A stretch of 50,464 nt of DNA from Octopus sinensis (GCF_006345805.1 NW_021835390.1:1-50464); one strand, 5' to 3'; counted from the first letter of the stretch, positions 12,612 through 25,919 are shown. Numbers and translations are program-made. Notes: generated from the letters alone by a model not told the origin.

Positions 12612-13573
12612 CAACCAACCAGCAACACACCCATACATCCACACTAAGAAACCAGCCATTCATATCGCTAACCAACCAAGTGACCAATCAATCAAGCAAG
12701 CAAGCAAGCTGGCAACCAACCAACCAACCAATCAACCAATCAATCATCAACTTCGTCAAGCAACCAATTAACAGTAACCTAGGCAATCAAGCCATACAGC
12801 AAACAACCGACCAAGTTATCAATTAACCGACCAACTAACCAGCCAACTAGCTAACCAATCAACTAATCAGCAAGCCAACCAGCCAATAATCCAATAAATC
12901 AGGCAACCAACCAACCAAACAACTAACCGATCGACCAACCAACCAATCAACCAACCAACCAAAGAAAGAAACAAATAAAGAGCCAATAAACAACTACATA
13001 CAAAACCAACCTACCAATTAATCAACGAACCAGCCAGCCAATCAACCAACTAATCACAGAACCAACCAACCAATCGACCAACCAGCTAACTAACCAATCA
13101 CCCAACAAACCAACAAACCAGCCAGCCTACCAACCTACCAACCAACCAATCAACCATACAATCAAGCAACCAACCAACCAGCCAACCAACCAGCCTATGG
13201 AACAACCAGCCAGCCAGCCAACTAGTTAACCATCCGATCAACCGACGTAACAACGAACTCACCAGTTAACCAGCCAATTACACAACCAGCCAGCCAGCTT
13301 ACCAACCGACTAAACAACCAACAAATCAGCCAGCCAACCAGCCAATCACATAACCAACCAACCAATGAACCAAGTAACTAACCAACCAATCACACAACCG
13401 ACCAAACAACCAAACTAGTTTATAAACTTAACCAACGAACCGATCACATTACACGACCAAACCTACGACAAACCAGCCAGCAAACCAACCAACCAGCCAG
13501 CCAACCAGCCAGCCAACCAACCAACCAACCAGCCAACCAGCCAACCAGCGAGCTAAGCAGCCAACCAGCCAGC
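12612..13573. repeat. ~960-bp cryptic (AACC/AGCC/AATC)n tetranucleotide satellite
   Basis: Continuous degenerate 4-bp periodicity. Confidence 0.9.
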
Positions 13574-14019
13574 AATATGAAATTCTGCGTGTGATTTCTA
13601 TCCGAACACGACATTGCTTTGACAGGCATTACAGAGGACGCCGGAAGTTATAGCGACAGGACCGGAAATTACTTTGGTAGCGGGAAAGTCGTCACTGCTG
13701 CTGCTGCTGCTATTGCTGTTGTCATCACCTTCTATGTAACTACTATAGTTTTTAGTTCTTTTATTTTTAAGTTTGTTATTTTTGTGGGGGTGGGGGGCGG
13801 AGGGAGTCGGGAGCTATCAAACAGTCAACCCCTAATTTAAAAAAATAAAATTCTTGTTGTTTTTGTTGGTGCTGGTATAGTTTAATATTTTTGCATTTAT
13901 TGTTTTCTTTTTCTTTTTCTTTTTTTTTGTAAGGGTGCTGTCGTTTCTATTTGATGTCGCTAGTTTTGGATTTTTTTTTTTTGCAGATTTGTTTGCAAAC
14001 ACGGGAGCAGCAAACGGAG

Positions 14020-14430
14020 GAGGCGGAGGAGTAGAATCCGAAGATAAAGAAATATGAAAGAAGAGGAAGAACAAATAAAAAAAATAAGAAACGGGAGAAA
14101 AATAAGGAGGGGAAAAGAGGAAGACAAAGTGAAGAAGGAGGAGGAGGAGGAAAATGAACTGAAGAAAAAAGAATAGAAAATAAAAAGCATTAGAAGAAAT
14201 GAAGAAGAAAAGGAAAAAGAAGAAGAAGAAGAAGAAGAAAGAAGAAGAAGAAGAAGAAGAAGAAGAAGAAGAAGAAGAAGAGGAAGGAGAAGAGGAAGAA
14301 GAAGAGTAAGAGGATGAGTAGGAGGAAAGAAGAACGAAGATGATTGAATAGGGAAGAAAAAGAAAAAAGCGGAGGTAGAGGAAAAGGAAGAAGTGGTGGT
14401 GGAGGAAAAGATCGGACTGGGAAGAAAAAA
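14020..14430. repeat. Polypurine tract with (GAA)n core
   Basis: (GAA)n at about 14217-14280 within an A/G-rich tract. Confidence 0.9.
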
Positions 14431-15454
14431 AATCGATATGCCTGGACGTCCACGCTACATGTCGTACAATAAAACCACGGCATGTCAGGTCAAAGTGCAG
14501 AGTGTAAATTCTAAACTAATTGGCGTAGTGATGGATTATCTAAAGAGCTTGATCTGTTGCACATTGCAGAGAGATTAGTAATTCTTCATCTCTTTCTTTT
14601 CGGTAATTTTCCCCTTCCCTGCCTTTTACCAGTTCACTATCCTGGTTCCTTTTCACATATAAGAAAGAAGTAATTTTGTATACAGCAGAATTTATTTACA
14701 TAGCATTAACAGCCTTTAAATAAAGAAATCTTTTGTACAACACTATTTCATACCATTAACAACTTTATATTAAAGTACTTTAGTCTGAAACACAATTTAT
14801 TAACAACTTTATATTAGAGTTTTATACATTATTACATAACGTTAACAACATTATAAATTTTTCATTAGCATCGTTAAAAATCACCTCTAATGAAAATATA
14901 TCAAGTAAAAATTTAAAAAACATTCCCCCAAAATGCAAAAAATAGAAAATCTGCATGAAATAATTGCTAAAGAATTCTTCGATCCAAGACCAGTTCACAT
15001 TTTAGAAATTACACCTGGAATCATGAAATTTCTTCTATAGAATAGCTAAATTTCCTTACTGGAATCCGCCACATTTGCCCTTAGAATCGTTAAATATGTG
15101 AGTATGTGTACGAGAAACATGCTCTTACACACATTCATACAAACATGCACATACATACATATTTATCTGTATATACGCAAAGGAGGAGATTAATCAATAT
15201 ATATATATATATAATATATATATATATAATATATATATATGGATTGCAGTAGTTTTTTTTATTGACTCTGAAAGGATATGAAGAAAAGTAAGTGAAAGTC
15301 GACCTCGACAGAATTTGAACTCAGAACGTAAAGACAGACGAAATACTCCACTAAGCAGATTTATATATGAAATCTAAACGTTAACCCACTACAAACAACA
15401 ATAACAACGATAACAACAACAACAGTAGCACTGGTAGTAGTAGTAGTAGTAGTA

Positions 15455-15489
<35 letters not shown>

Positions 15490-15855
15490 ACAGCAGCAGC
15501 AGCAGCAGCAATATTAAACACACCCATACGAAATTGACTTTTCCTTTCTTTTGTCCTGGGTAAATCATCCACACACTAGAACAAAATGTTCTTAAGAAAC
15601 TGATAGTCAGAAAATCTGTTTTATATTTTACTGTCCATTGAATGGAGTAAAGATGGCGGAAATGTTTCCTACGCTGGCCTTTTATCGTTTTCAGTAGTTT
15701 TAAGAAAGAAGTTTTATTTTCCATTCAACCGAGTTAAAATAATTCATCTTTATTTGCTTTCGATGTTATATAGAATATACATTGATATGTAGGTGACACG
15801 CTTAAATTATTCTCAAGAATGTGTGTGGGTATATATATCTGGGTGTGTGCCAGAG

Positions 15856-15886
<31 letters not shown>

Positions 15887-15927
15887 ATAATATATATATA
15901 TATATATACACCCCCCACACACACACA

Positions 15928-16805
15928 TAGGGTGCGATGGGTGAATTGTCGCCATTTAATATATTTTATTTCGCGCATGCCCATTGTTTGTTTTTGATTT
16001 TGTCTACTATACAGTATAGTAGGGTCAGTTGGGTACCGTCTGTGAGAAAAACAGTCTCATGAGGCAATTCACTCTAACAGAAATTTGGAAACGACATGCT
16101 ATACGGCTTGGTATTCGCACCGGAAGCGCCAATACGAACATTTCAGAGTGTTTAGGTGTCAATCTTCGGACAGTGCAATCTGATGACATGTACCGAGAGT
16201 GATGATAAAAATCAAACATCCAGTCAACATCATAGTGTTTGGAGTGATCACTAATGATGGCGACGTTATGCCTCCATTCATCTTCCCACACGGCCTCAGA
16301 CTCAACGCGGAGGCCTACATCAAGTTTCTGTCGGAGGTAGTGCTACCATAGGTAAAGAAGCTCGTTGCCTGAAGACCCTATATCTGACAACAGGATTCTG
16401 TATCATTCCACATAAGCAGGAGAACCCAGTCATGGCTGTTAGACAATTTCTGCGAACACATCACCCCTAACATCTGACTACCTAACTCCCCAGACTGCAA
16501 TCCCCTTGATTATTATGTATGGGGTGCAGTTCAGTGAGAGACCAGCAAAACTCCTTGTAACACCAAAGATGAACTGAAGGCAAGGATTACGACAGCATTC
16601 ACCAACTTAAACCGTCCAGAAGAGGTGCAGGAGATTCCGAATTCATCTGGAGGCCGTGATTGAAGCCAATCGCGATTTTATTGAATAAATTTACTCCTTA
16701 GTATTTCAAGATAGTTTCATGTAATTTTGGTAAATATACCTATTAAAATGAGATGTTAGTGTTATCTTCATTTTGCGTAATTTAGACGACAGTTCATTCA
16801 CCTTG
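15928..16805 (+). mobile_element. Internally deleted, inactive Tc1/mariner transposon with DD37D spacing (maT-like)
   Basis: An N-terminal HTH remnant (NISECLGVNLRTVQ) is fused to catalytic sequence KHPVNIIVFGVITNDGDVMPPFIFPHGLRLN...QQD-37aa-DYYVWG...LEAVIEANRDFIE*, with stops and a frameshift. Degenerate TIRs share tgaa.tgtcg.c at both ends. Confidence 0.85.
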
Positions 16806-16826
16806 TATACACACACACACACACAC

Positions 16827-16898
<72 letters not shown>

Positions 16899-17122
16899 AA
16901 TAATATATATATATATATATGTGTGTTGTGTGTGTTATATATATATACATATATATATCTTGATAGAAATGGCAAGACAACAAAAGAATGAAAGAGAAAT
17001 CTGTAAAAATAATATGTGATAAAACTACGGGTTTCGGATGTCGGAGTTTTATCATAGCTACCGAATAATTGTCACATATTATTTTTACAGATATATACAT
17101 TTATATATGTGTGTGTGTGTGT

Positions 17123-17160
<38 letters not shown>

Positions 17161-17229
17161 ATAAGCACAAATACAAACATACACGCAAACACACACTCAC
17201 ACATTATATGCATGAATATTTATATACAA

Positions 17230-17390
17230 TGGGCTTCTTTCAGATTCAGTTTTCCAAATCCATTCGTACGGCTTTTTGTCAACCCGGGGCTCTAGTTGAA
17301 GATACTTGCCCAAGGCGTCACGCAGTGAAACTGAACCCAATACCTTGTGGCTGGGAAGCAGATTTCTTACTACATATCCATACCTGCACC
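17230..17390 (-). mobile_element. SINE family A 5' half
   Basis: Matches the head to GAAAGAAGCCC segment on the minus strand. Confidence 0.75.
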
Positions 17391-17913
17391 TATATATATG
17401 TGTGTGTGTGTATGTGTGTGTGTGTGTGTGTATGTGTGTGAGAGGCGAACATACTCGATCTCTTTAATACTCTGCATTTGTTTGACTATACACACACACA
17501 CACAAATACACACAAACATACACATATACACATACTACGATACAGTTATCTATATATTTACACATAAACATTCAAATACCCTCACACACACATAGATACA
17601 CACACACATTCACTCCCTCTCCCAAAGGTGATCCTTTATTAGAACGTCCCTTTTAATTGCATTCTTAACTATAAATCATGGTCGTTTATCAACTGATTTT
17701 GGCAGTCAGCTTTCTGTCAGCGCGTAAACATACATACATATATATATATAAATATATACATACACGCAAACACACTCATATATATATGCACCCACATATG
17801 TGTGATTATATGTATGTACGTATGTGTGTATGTATGTATGCATGTATGTATGTACGTATGTATGTATGTATGTATATATAATATATATATATATATATAA
17901 TATATATATATAC

Positions 17914-17947
<34 letters not shown>

Positions 17948-18550
17948 ATATATATATCTATATATTATATATATAATATGGGATAGATAGACAGATACCC
18001 AGGCAGACAGGCAGATAGATAGATAGATAGATAGATGTGAGATACCTATCCATGTGGGACCGGAAATCACGTGTCATGTTTAATTAGAGAGAAAGGCAGA
18101 GAGAGAAAGAGAAAGAATGGAAGAAAAAGGAAAAGAGAGGTAGGCGGTGAGGACCAAAATTGATGAGATACTTGTCTGTTTCTTTGTTTTTTACATCCCC
18201 GACTCTTGTCGTGTCCCCTAATGAAACTGTGTCCTTTAAAATCATAGTCCTTTCAAAATTTTCTCGTTGTTTATATTTTTCATTTTCTATGAAGTCTGTT
18301 TCTTTGCTTCACGTCTCAGTCGGGAGTTCAAACTCAGCAGAGAAAAAAGGTCGTTTGACATACATACATACATACATACATACATACATACATACATACA
18401 TACATACGTACATACATACGTACATACATACATGCATACATACATACATACATACATACATACATACATACATACATACATACATACATACATACGTACA
18501 TACATACATACATACATACATACATACATACATACATACATACATACATA

Positions 18551-18890
18551 ACAAGCCTACCAAAAGCACTACTAGCCATGCTGATTCTGTATGAAATTTC
18601 ATCATCAAAACCAGCAGTGCTCAAGGTACTTCCTAAATAAATGAATCTAGGTACTGTCTACAAACCTTTGACCATTCACAGTTATAAAAAGTTCTACATA
18701 CATCCTGGAGGGATCGGGCTGGTAGATTATAACAGTTTTCTTTAGATTGTCAGACCCAATACTGTTCATGCTGCAAAAATTGTATTCACCATGTGCTGCA
18801 TACCTTTCTGAGATTGTGCCAACAGGTCACCATCATCTGCATACAGAAACTCAACAAGGTGAGAATGCAGAACTTTCGTAAAGGTAACAG
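18551..18890 (-). mobile_element. RTE-clade LINE reverse-transcriptase fragment (pseudogenised)
   Basis: EFLYADDGDLLAQSQKGMQ...LGLTI...DDEISYRISMASSAFGRL, with stops and frameshifts; flanked by (TACA)n on both sides. Confidence 0.85.
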
Positions 18891-18950
18891 TACATACATA
18901 CAAACATACATGCATACATACATGCATACATACATACATACATACATACA

Positions 18951-18981
<31 letters not shown>

Positions 18982-19705
18982 CCAATCCATCACTGGAATT
19001 GTAAAATCTGTAAAACTTTCCAGAAGTTTATCATGTCTAGATATGCAAATATATGCATGTGAAGACATGCATAAAACAAAACATACCAATCTGCACATAT
19101 ACATACGTACATGCATGCAAAAAATACCCTGTTGCTGATGTTTAAATTCCAATGAAGGATCCTTGGATCTAGGTTAGAAACTGGTTCTTTCCCCATTGGC
19201 AAGAAATCTTGAAATAAAACTAAATAATGACATACATACATATACACATGCATGCATGAATAAGTACATACATGCGTACATACAACACACACACGCGCAC
19301 ACATACACGCACACATGCACGCACATACACACACGTATAGTATATTTGTGATGGGCTTACCGCAGCTTCTGTCTTACTGATGTAATATACGAAATACGTA
19401 TTGACGAATTAGTTTTAGAAACATCGGACAGAATACCTGTGTGTGTATGTATGTGTGTGTGTATGTATGTATGTATGTATGTATGTATGAATGTGTGTGC
19501 GTGTGTATGTATGCTTGTATGTATATGTGTGTGTGTAGTGTGCATGTATATATATATATATATGCGTGTGTGTGTGTGTATGTATATATGTATGCACTAT
19601 GTATATATATATATGTGTGTATGTATGTAGGTAGGTATGTATGTATGTGTGAGTGTAGTATATTTGTACATATGTGTGTGTGTATGTATATATGTGTGTA
19701 GTATG

Positions 19706-19739
<34 letters not shown>

Positions 19740-20142
19740 GTATGCATGTATATAGTAATAACCAACCAAGAGATTGATGAATTAATAATGAAATATAAAT
19801 ACAAAAAGACACACACACGCAGACTCACACACACACACACGCAGACTCACACAGACACACACACACGTAGACTCACACATATATATGAGAATGTGCAGAA
19901 ACACATTCTTGTTCTTTTTTCTCCTTTTCTTTCCCCTCTGCCTTCTTCTTCGCCTTTATCCTCCATCAGCGTGCGTCAAACCTAATGACAGACAAACCAC
20001 ATAACCCACTTAATTATAAGATTTTTTTTTGTACGACAATGCTCCTTCATTATACCTTTCAAAGCTAATACTTCCCCACACCAGGAGCGTCGTTGTACCT
20101 GCTATGAACACAATAGTCGATGCGGTTTTTCTAGTCAGCCAT

Positions 20143-20372
20143 TTTTACTCTTTTACTTGTTTCAGTGATTTGACTGTGGCCATGCTGGAGCGCCGCCTTT
20201 AGTCGAGCAAATCGACCCCAGGACTTATACTTTGTAAGCCTAGTACTTATTCTGTCGGTCCCTTTTGCCGAACCGCTAAGTTACGCGGACGTAAACATAC
20301 AAGTATCGGCTGTCGAGCGATGTTGTGGGGACAAACACAGACATACAAACTTATACACACACATACATATAT

Positions 20373-20414
<42 letters not shown>

Positions 20415-20575
20415 CGACGGGCTTCGTTTTCAGTTTCGTCTACCAAATCCACTCACAAGGCTTTGGTCGGCGGGAGGCTATAGTAGAAGACACTTGCTCA
20501 ATGTGTCACAGTGGGACTGAACCCGAACCATGTGGTTTGTAAGCAAGCTACTTACCACACATCCATTCCTACGCC
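20143..20575 (-). mobile_element. Near full-length SINE family A copy
   Basis: Colinear reverse-complement match to 43473-43882. Confidence 0.9.
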
Positions 20576-21203
20576 ATCCTTAATATATCATACAAACTAT
20601 CAAATAAATTATTCGTTCTTTTAACCAGGCTCTCTGTCGTGTCGTGGTCTCTCCACTCGCAGAGCGAACCCTCTAAGTCACTAGTTTAGCGATCCCAGAA
20701 GAATGGAAAGTTAAGTTGGCCTCGTCAGGATTTGAATATAGCGCTTAAAACCGGAACTTAAAACTGAAAGGCATTTTGTTCGACGCTCTAGTGATTCTGC
20801 TAATCTACCGCTTAAGTAGCTTAACTTTCTTGATCTTTATTTCGATCTGATAATGGAGTTTACAGAGGTGTGACCATTAATGTTGTTTCCCATTAAACGT
20901 CTTCCTTTTTTTTCTTTTTTCTTATCGTTAATTCATAAATTATAGACGTTCTCTGAGTGGTGGTGATGGTGGGTGTTGGTGGTGGTATTGCTGATGGTGG
21001 TGAGATAAATGTGGTTGACACAAGATGAGATATCCTGCTCAAAGCCGTATTTTTTTTTTGTGTAGTAATAACTAAGTGATCGGTGAATTAGTAATGAAAC
21101 AATGCAGGTAAAAAGTTCAGTTGAAAAGCGAATAGACATTTTCATAAATAAGGTGAGCGAAATGGGAACAGAAAGTCAGTGAGGTGTAATAGGTGTATAT
21201 ACA

Positions 21204-21243
<40 letters not shown>

Positions 21244-21362
21244 TTGTGTGTGTGAGTGTGTGTGTGTATGTGTTTTGTGTGCGCGTATGTGAGAACACAG
21301 GCGTACCTACACACAAACGTCCCCGTGCTAACGATTCTGCCTGCTCACCGCCTTAGTTGATA

Positions 21363-21393
<31 letters not shown>

Positions 21394-21397
21394 TAAT

Positions 21398-21640
21398 AGA
21401 AGAAGATTCTAACTGGGCCCCACCTGCAAGGTCATGTGCTGTTTATCTTGATATGAGATCACCATGTCGCGCACACATGGTTGTGATGCATGTGCCTAGT
21501 GTACCCTTATCAGACGGGTAGTCATGATGGGTATACTGGGTTTCGTATATTTTACCCCAGTGTCACTTTGATGGCATGCACTGCTTTCTCACTCAATAAT
21601 AATAATAATAATAATATAATAATAATAATAATAATAATAA
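21398..21640 (+). mobile_element. 3' end of a non-LTR retroelement with (AAT)n tail, copy 1
   Basis: About 195 bp nearly identical to 40688-40885 (attctaactgggccc...gatggcatgcact), ending in (AAT)n. Confidence 0.7.
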
Positions 21641-21649
21641 TCATGATTT

Positions 21650-22158
21650 CTTTATTAACAACAAGGGCTTACATTAAGAAAAAAACATTACGGATAGCAC
21701 AGGGAAAAACAAAGAATGTGTGTGTGTGTGTGTTGTGAGGGTTTTGCGTGTAAACAAGACTAACAAAATTTTAAAATAAAGAATCCTCAATAGGGACGAG
21801 ATGTTCGAGGGCTGCTCATGAAATAACCCCATAAAAAAAACCATGGGTACCCTGAATTTTGGGGTAGGTGCCTTTTTCTCCTTTCCTTTTTTTTTCCAAC
21901 TACAGGCGTATGCTCAGGGCAGACCCGTTCACTCGTACCATTCTCGCCACTTTCATCCACCTTTCAGCAAACTAGCTAGAAGACAACACCACCCTCTCTG
22001 CCCTCATTTTCCTTTTTAAGTGAAACTTGAAGAAGTTCATCAGGGATTGGCCAAAGAGAAACGTGTTTGACTTCAGCGCCGTCAATCTCGTCCACCGTAT
22101 AACCTCTTTCGCAATGACAACCAGGAACATAAAAAACAGCCTTTCCTTCCCGGTTAAA
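21650..22158 (-). mobile_element. L1/Tx1-clade LINE 3' end related to 40005-40631
   Basis: FLVVIAKEVIRWTRLTALKSNTFLFGQSLMNFFKFHLKRKMRAERVVLSSS*FAERWMKVARM aligns with the other copy. AATAAA lies near 21650 on the minus strand. Confidence 0.75.
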
Positions 22159-22259
22159 GGAAGGTGGCCATAGATTCAATAACAATATTAAAGGAGTGGC
22201 TGTGTGGTAAGAAACTTGCTTTCCAACCACACACACACACACCACACACACACATATTA

Positions 22260-22424
22260 TACGGCGGGTTTCTTTCAGTTTCCGTCTCCCAAATATATTC
22301 ACAAGGCTTTGATCGGCTCGAGACTATAGTAGAAGACACTTGTCCAAGGTGCCGCGCAGTGGGAATGAACCCGAAACGATGTTCTTGGTACGCAAGCTAC
22401 TTACCACACAGCCACTCCTGCGCC
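22260..22424 (-). mobile_element. SINE family A 5' half, facing a short plus-strand head fragment at ~22191-22230
   Basis: GGCGCAGGAGTGGCTGTGTGGTAAGTAGC head on the minus strand. Confidence 0.85.
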
Positions 22425-22449
22425 TATATATATATATATATATATATAT

Positions 22450-22610
22450 CTCTTTCTCCCCTTGTTTTTTCTGTGTCCCTTTCTGTAGAAGAGCGTAGGC
22501 TCGAAACGTAAAAGACTTTTTTCTATTGCTGAGCGTTATACTAATACATCTGTTTGTTTTCTACACCACCTGTGTTCGTCTTTTGTTTTTTTCGTAAACT
22601 CTCCCTATAT
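22450..22610 (+). repeat. Dispersed short repeat with variant hammerhead (related copies ~9215-9390 +, 25790-25985 -, 30880-31030 -, 48270-48450 -)
   Basis: Shared segment GAAGAGCGTAGGCTCGAAACGTAAAAGACTTT...GAGCG...CTAATAC. Confidence 0.75.
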
Positions 22611-22633
22611 ATATGTGTGTGTGTGTGTGTGTG

Positions 22634-22671
<38 letters not shown>

Positions 22672-23307
22672 ATGTGTGTATGTATGTACGTATCTGTTTA
22701 TTTGTGATTATGTTAATGTGTAAGCTTATATGCCAGCACATAAGCGTTTGTGTACAATACTTAGATACCTTACAATGCCTGAGGCCTTACAAACGTGAGA
22801 AAGACAGTCATGTGACTAGCAATCACATGAGCGACGTCATCATCAACGTCAAGTCTGCCATTATATCTTTACGAGAAAAGCGGTTGATTATAAAAATGGC
22901 CCTCGACTTGTGTGTTTGTGCTTCTGTTTATAATATCACTGTGTTTGTCATGTGTGAACACCTATGTTAGCGTCTGTGTGTATGTATGTATGTATGTATG
23001 TATGTATGTATGTATGTATGTATGTATGCCAGCATGTATACGTGTGTCAATGTGTATGTACGTGAAAGCGTATGAGCGTGAATGTATGGAAGACTGTATG
23101 TGTATGTTTGTAAACGTGTACCCACAAATGGTCGTGGCTGTTTCTGTAAATGAATTTTGAATGTGTATATAAGTGTTAATGTGTGTGTGTGTGTGTGTGA
23201 GAGAGAGTAAATGTGGTGTGCGATTTTGGGGTGCAAGTGAATATATGTATATTCTAGTGAGGATATATGAACTTGTAATCGGACGGGCATGCACAGGCAA
23301 GGGTACG

Positions 23308-23355
<48 letters not shown>

Positions 23356-23497
23356 CATCTATCTATCTACATGTTTGTCCGCTTGTCTATCTGTGAATGT
23401 GCTCATGTGTCAGTGTATGTGGGTGTATTAGGGGTGTGTGTGTATGTGTGTGTGTGAATGCATGTAGAGAAGTTAGTGGAACCCTGTTTGTTGAAAT

Positions 23498-23535
<38 letters not shown>

Positions 23536-23595
23536 AAGACGAAGGCGGAGTCATAATAATTAACAACAACAACAACAACAATAATGATAATAATA

Positions 23596-23634
<39 letters not shown>

Positions 23635-24549
23635 TTAATAATAATAAAAATAATAATAATAATAGTAATAATAATAATAACACGCTCATTGAAATCCATC
23701 AAGGCTATTTTTCCCTTGTTACTATGGTAATGGGTGGATATTTCCTTGTTGCCATTCCTGTCTGTTCATCTTCGTTACACTCATCACACTAACACTTATC
23801 CTATCCTCCCACCTCTCTCTCTCTCTCTCACTTTCTCCATCTCTCACCCCGTCCTCTCTTTCTCTCTTTGTTTCTGTCGCAGCCACTGTCTGTCTGTGTG
23901 CCAATATGTCTGCCTCTTAGATCACGGCTACGGCCATGTTGTTCACTTGACATCTGGAAGATAATTAGGTCTCTCCCTCTCAGTTTCTTCCTCCCAGTCT
24001 CTCCCTTTCACTCTCCCTTTTCTCTCAGTTTCTATTTCCTCCTCCCCTTCATCTCCTGGCTTTTTGTCTTGTTCACCGACAAAGTCTTTCTTTCCTTTAA
24101 GTTCAGTTTTACACCATGTTGCATGTTCTCCCTTATTTTGGCTATAAGTCAGCTTGAAAGTAGAAAAAAAAAGGTGCCCATCACCCCCACTAGCGCCACC
24201 ACCGCAGTAATGTGCCAGTTCCGGCATTTGATTCTCAAAGGAAAAGAGGTTGCTAAAAAGAGCTAAACATGTTACCTTCAATTTGGTTTTAAGTGCCTGT
24301 CTTCACTAATGGCCATGAATGTTGATATATATATATATATATATATCCATCCATCCATCCATACATACATACATATACACTTTTTTATCCAAGGGGAGGT
24401 AATAGGAGCAACAACCACAGGAACACCACAAAATTCAAAGATAGACCAAACACATGCAAAACTTATATACTAGTTTATATACTAGTCTATTTCCAGTCCG
24501 TTGTATATCTTGGGTGTTGTTGTCACTCAAGATATAACTTTATATTTTG

Positions 24550-24597
<48 letters not shown>

Positions 24598-24834
24598 AGA
24601 GGGGTTTAATACCTCTAAGGGATAATAAAAATCCAGAGTCGCCCCTGGCTATTAGCTGGGTAGGTACAGTCTTTTGTAAGGTTGTACGGTAGTAAGTGGT
24701 TCGGTTGGTGAACCGGAGTTTAGGTTATATAGGAGAAGAAAATAGATAAAAACAACAATGAGAAACTCGTGGTTTACGTCGGTATGTCTTTCATTAAATA
24801 GGTAAGAAAGAAGGAAGAAGCAGAGATGAGGGTA

Positions 24835-24885
24835 GCATTTACGATCGTTTCGATTTACTGGTTTAAGTAAATCTCTTCAGAATGC
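24835..24885 (-). ncRNA. Minimal type-I hammerhead ribozyme motif, fully canonical core
   Basis: Minus strand: GCATT CTGAAGA GATTTACT taaacc AGTAAATC GAAA CGATCG TA AATGC. This gives stem I GCATT/AATGC, core CUGAAGA, a perfect 8-bp stem II, GAAA, a palindromic short stem III and a GUA cleavage triplet. Confidence 0.85.
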
Positions 24886-24951
24886 GAAAATAGATAGATG
24901 CATCGGTAAGATGCGAAAACAATTGATACATATGTGATGGTAATGTATCAT

Positions 24952-25014
<63 letters not shown>

Positions 25015-25270
25015 AATGGAATAATTATGCAAAGTGTAAAACAGATGATGAGTAAAGCACCGGCACAGTTTAGGTTACCTGTTGTTATCCATAGATTTAC
25101 TCCAGGAACTTCATAGTGGCAGTTAGGGTAATAGTATTAATAATATAGATGGAATGTTTATTAGACTTTATTGAGTAGTTCTGGGCCTCTTCGGGTACAT
25201 CAATACAAAATTTGCAGTAGAGATTTCTTGCGTCGGCTTGCTTACCACTATACGTCCATCTTTTTTTGTT

Positions 25271-25320
25271 GATGTATCTGAAGAGACCCAGAACGACGGG
25301 TCGAAACATGTGTCGTACTC
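25271..25320 (+). ncRNA. Minimal type-I hammerhead ribozyme motif
   Basis: GATGTAT CTGAAGA GACCC agaacgac GGGTC GAAA CATGTG TC GTACTC: canonical core, 5-bp stem II, stem III with an ACATGT palindrome, GUC triplet and a stem I with one bulge. AATAAA follows immediately. Confidence 0.8.
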
Positions 25321-25496
25321 AATAAAGTATAATACACATTCCATCTCCTAATTTATTTATACCATTATATAGTATTATAATGTATTATATATATTATATA
25401 CTATAATCTGTATACACACACACACACACACACACCACACATATATATATACACATTATATATATACACGCATATATATCACACACACCACATAAC

Positions 25497-25551
<55 letters not shown>

Positions 25552-25884
25552 TATATATACATATATATATATGTGTGTGTGTGTGTATGTGACGGACTTA
25601 TATTAGAAGTGCAGCGGTTATTAAATTGTTGACGCAGAAGTTAATGTCCAAAATGTGAGATTTCATACCCGTATTATTTGATATATCACTCTATTTCCAT
25701 CGATATTGAGACCTATCCCGTCTGTCGCCACCCGCCTTTTGTCATATATATATATATATATATATATATAGTAAACCCCCCCCCCCCCCCAAGAAAAACG
25801 AAGAAAAAAAACAAGAAAAAACAACAACGCGAGGACGTGGTACATGTAAGGTATTAATAAGACGCTCAGAGAAGGCAAAAAATG

Positions 25885-25919
25885 GTTTTACGTTTCGAGA
25901 AAAGCTCTTCTTCAGAAAC
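25885..25919 (-). ncRNA. Minimal hammerhead-like motif inside a ~200-bp dispersed repeat (25790-25985)
   Basis: Minus strand: GTTT CTGAAGA A GAG ctttt CTC GAAA CG TA AAAC. Stem I is GTTT/AAAC, there is one extra A after the core, and the triplet is GUA. Confidence 0.6.

Noticed and set aside
19361-19436. Possible 76-nt minus-strand exon with GTAAG donor
   Set aside because: The acceptor lies in a (CA)n tract, the length shifts frame, and there is no protein similarity.
22774-22854. Possible 81-nt phase-2 exon on the minus strand (LDVDDDVAHVIASH...)
   Set aside because: Purine-rich weak acceptor, and no LRR pattern.
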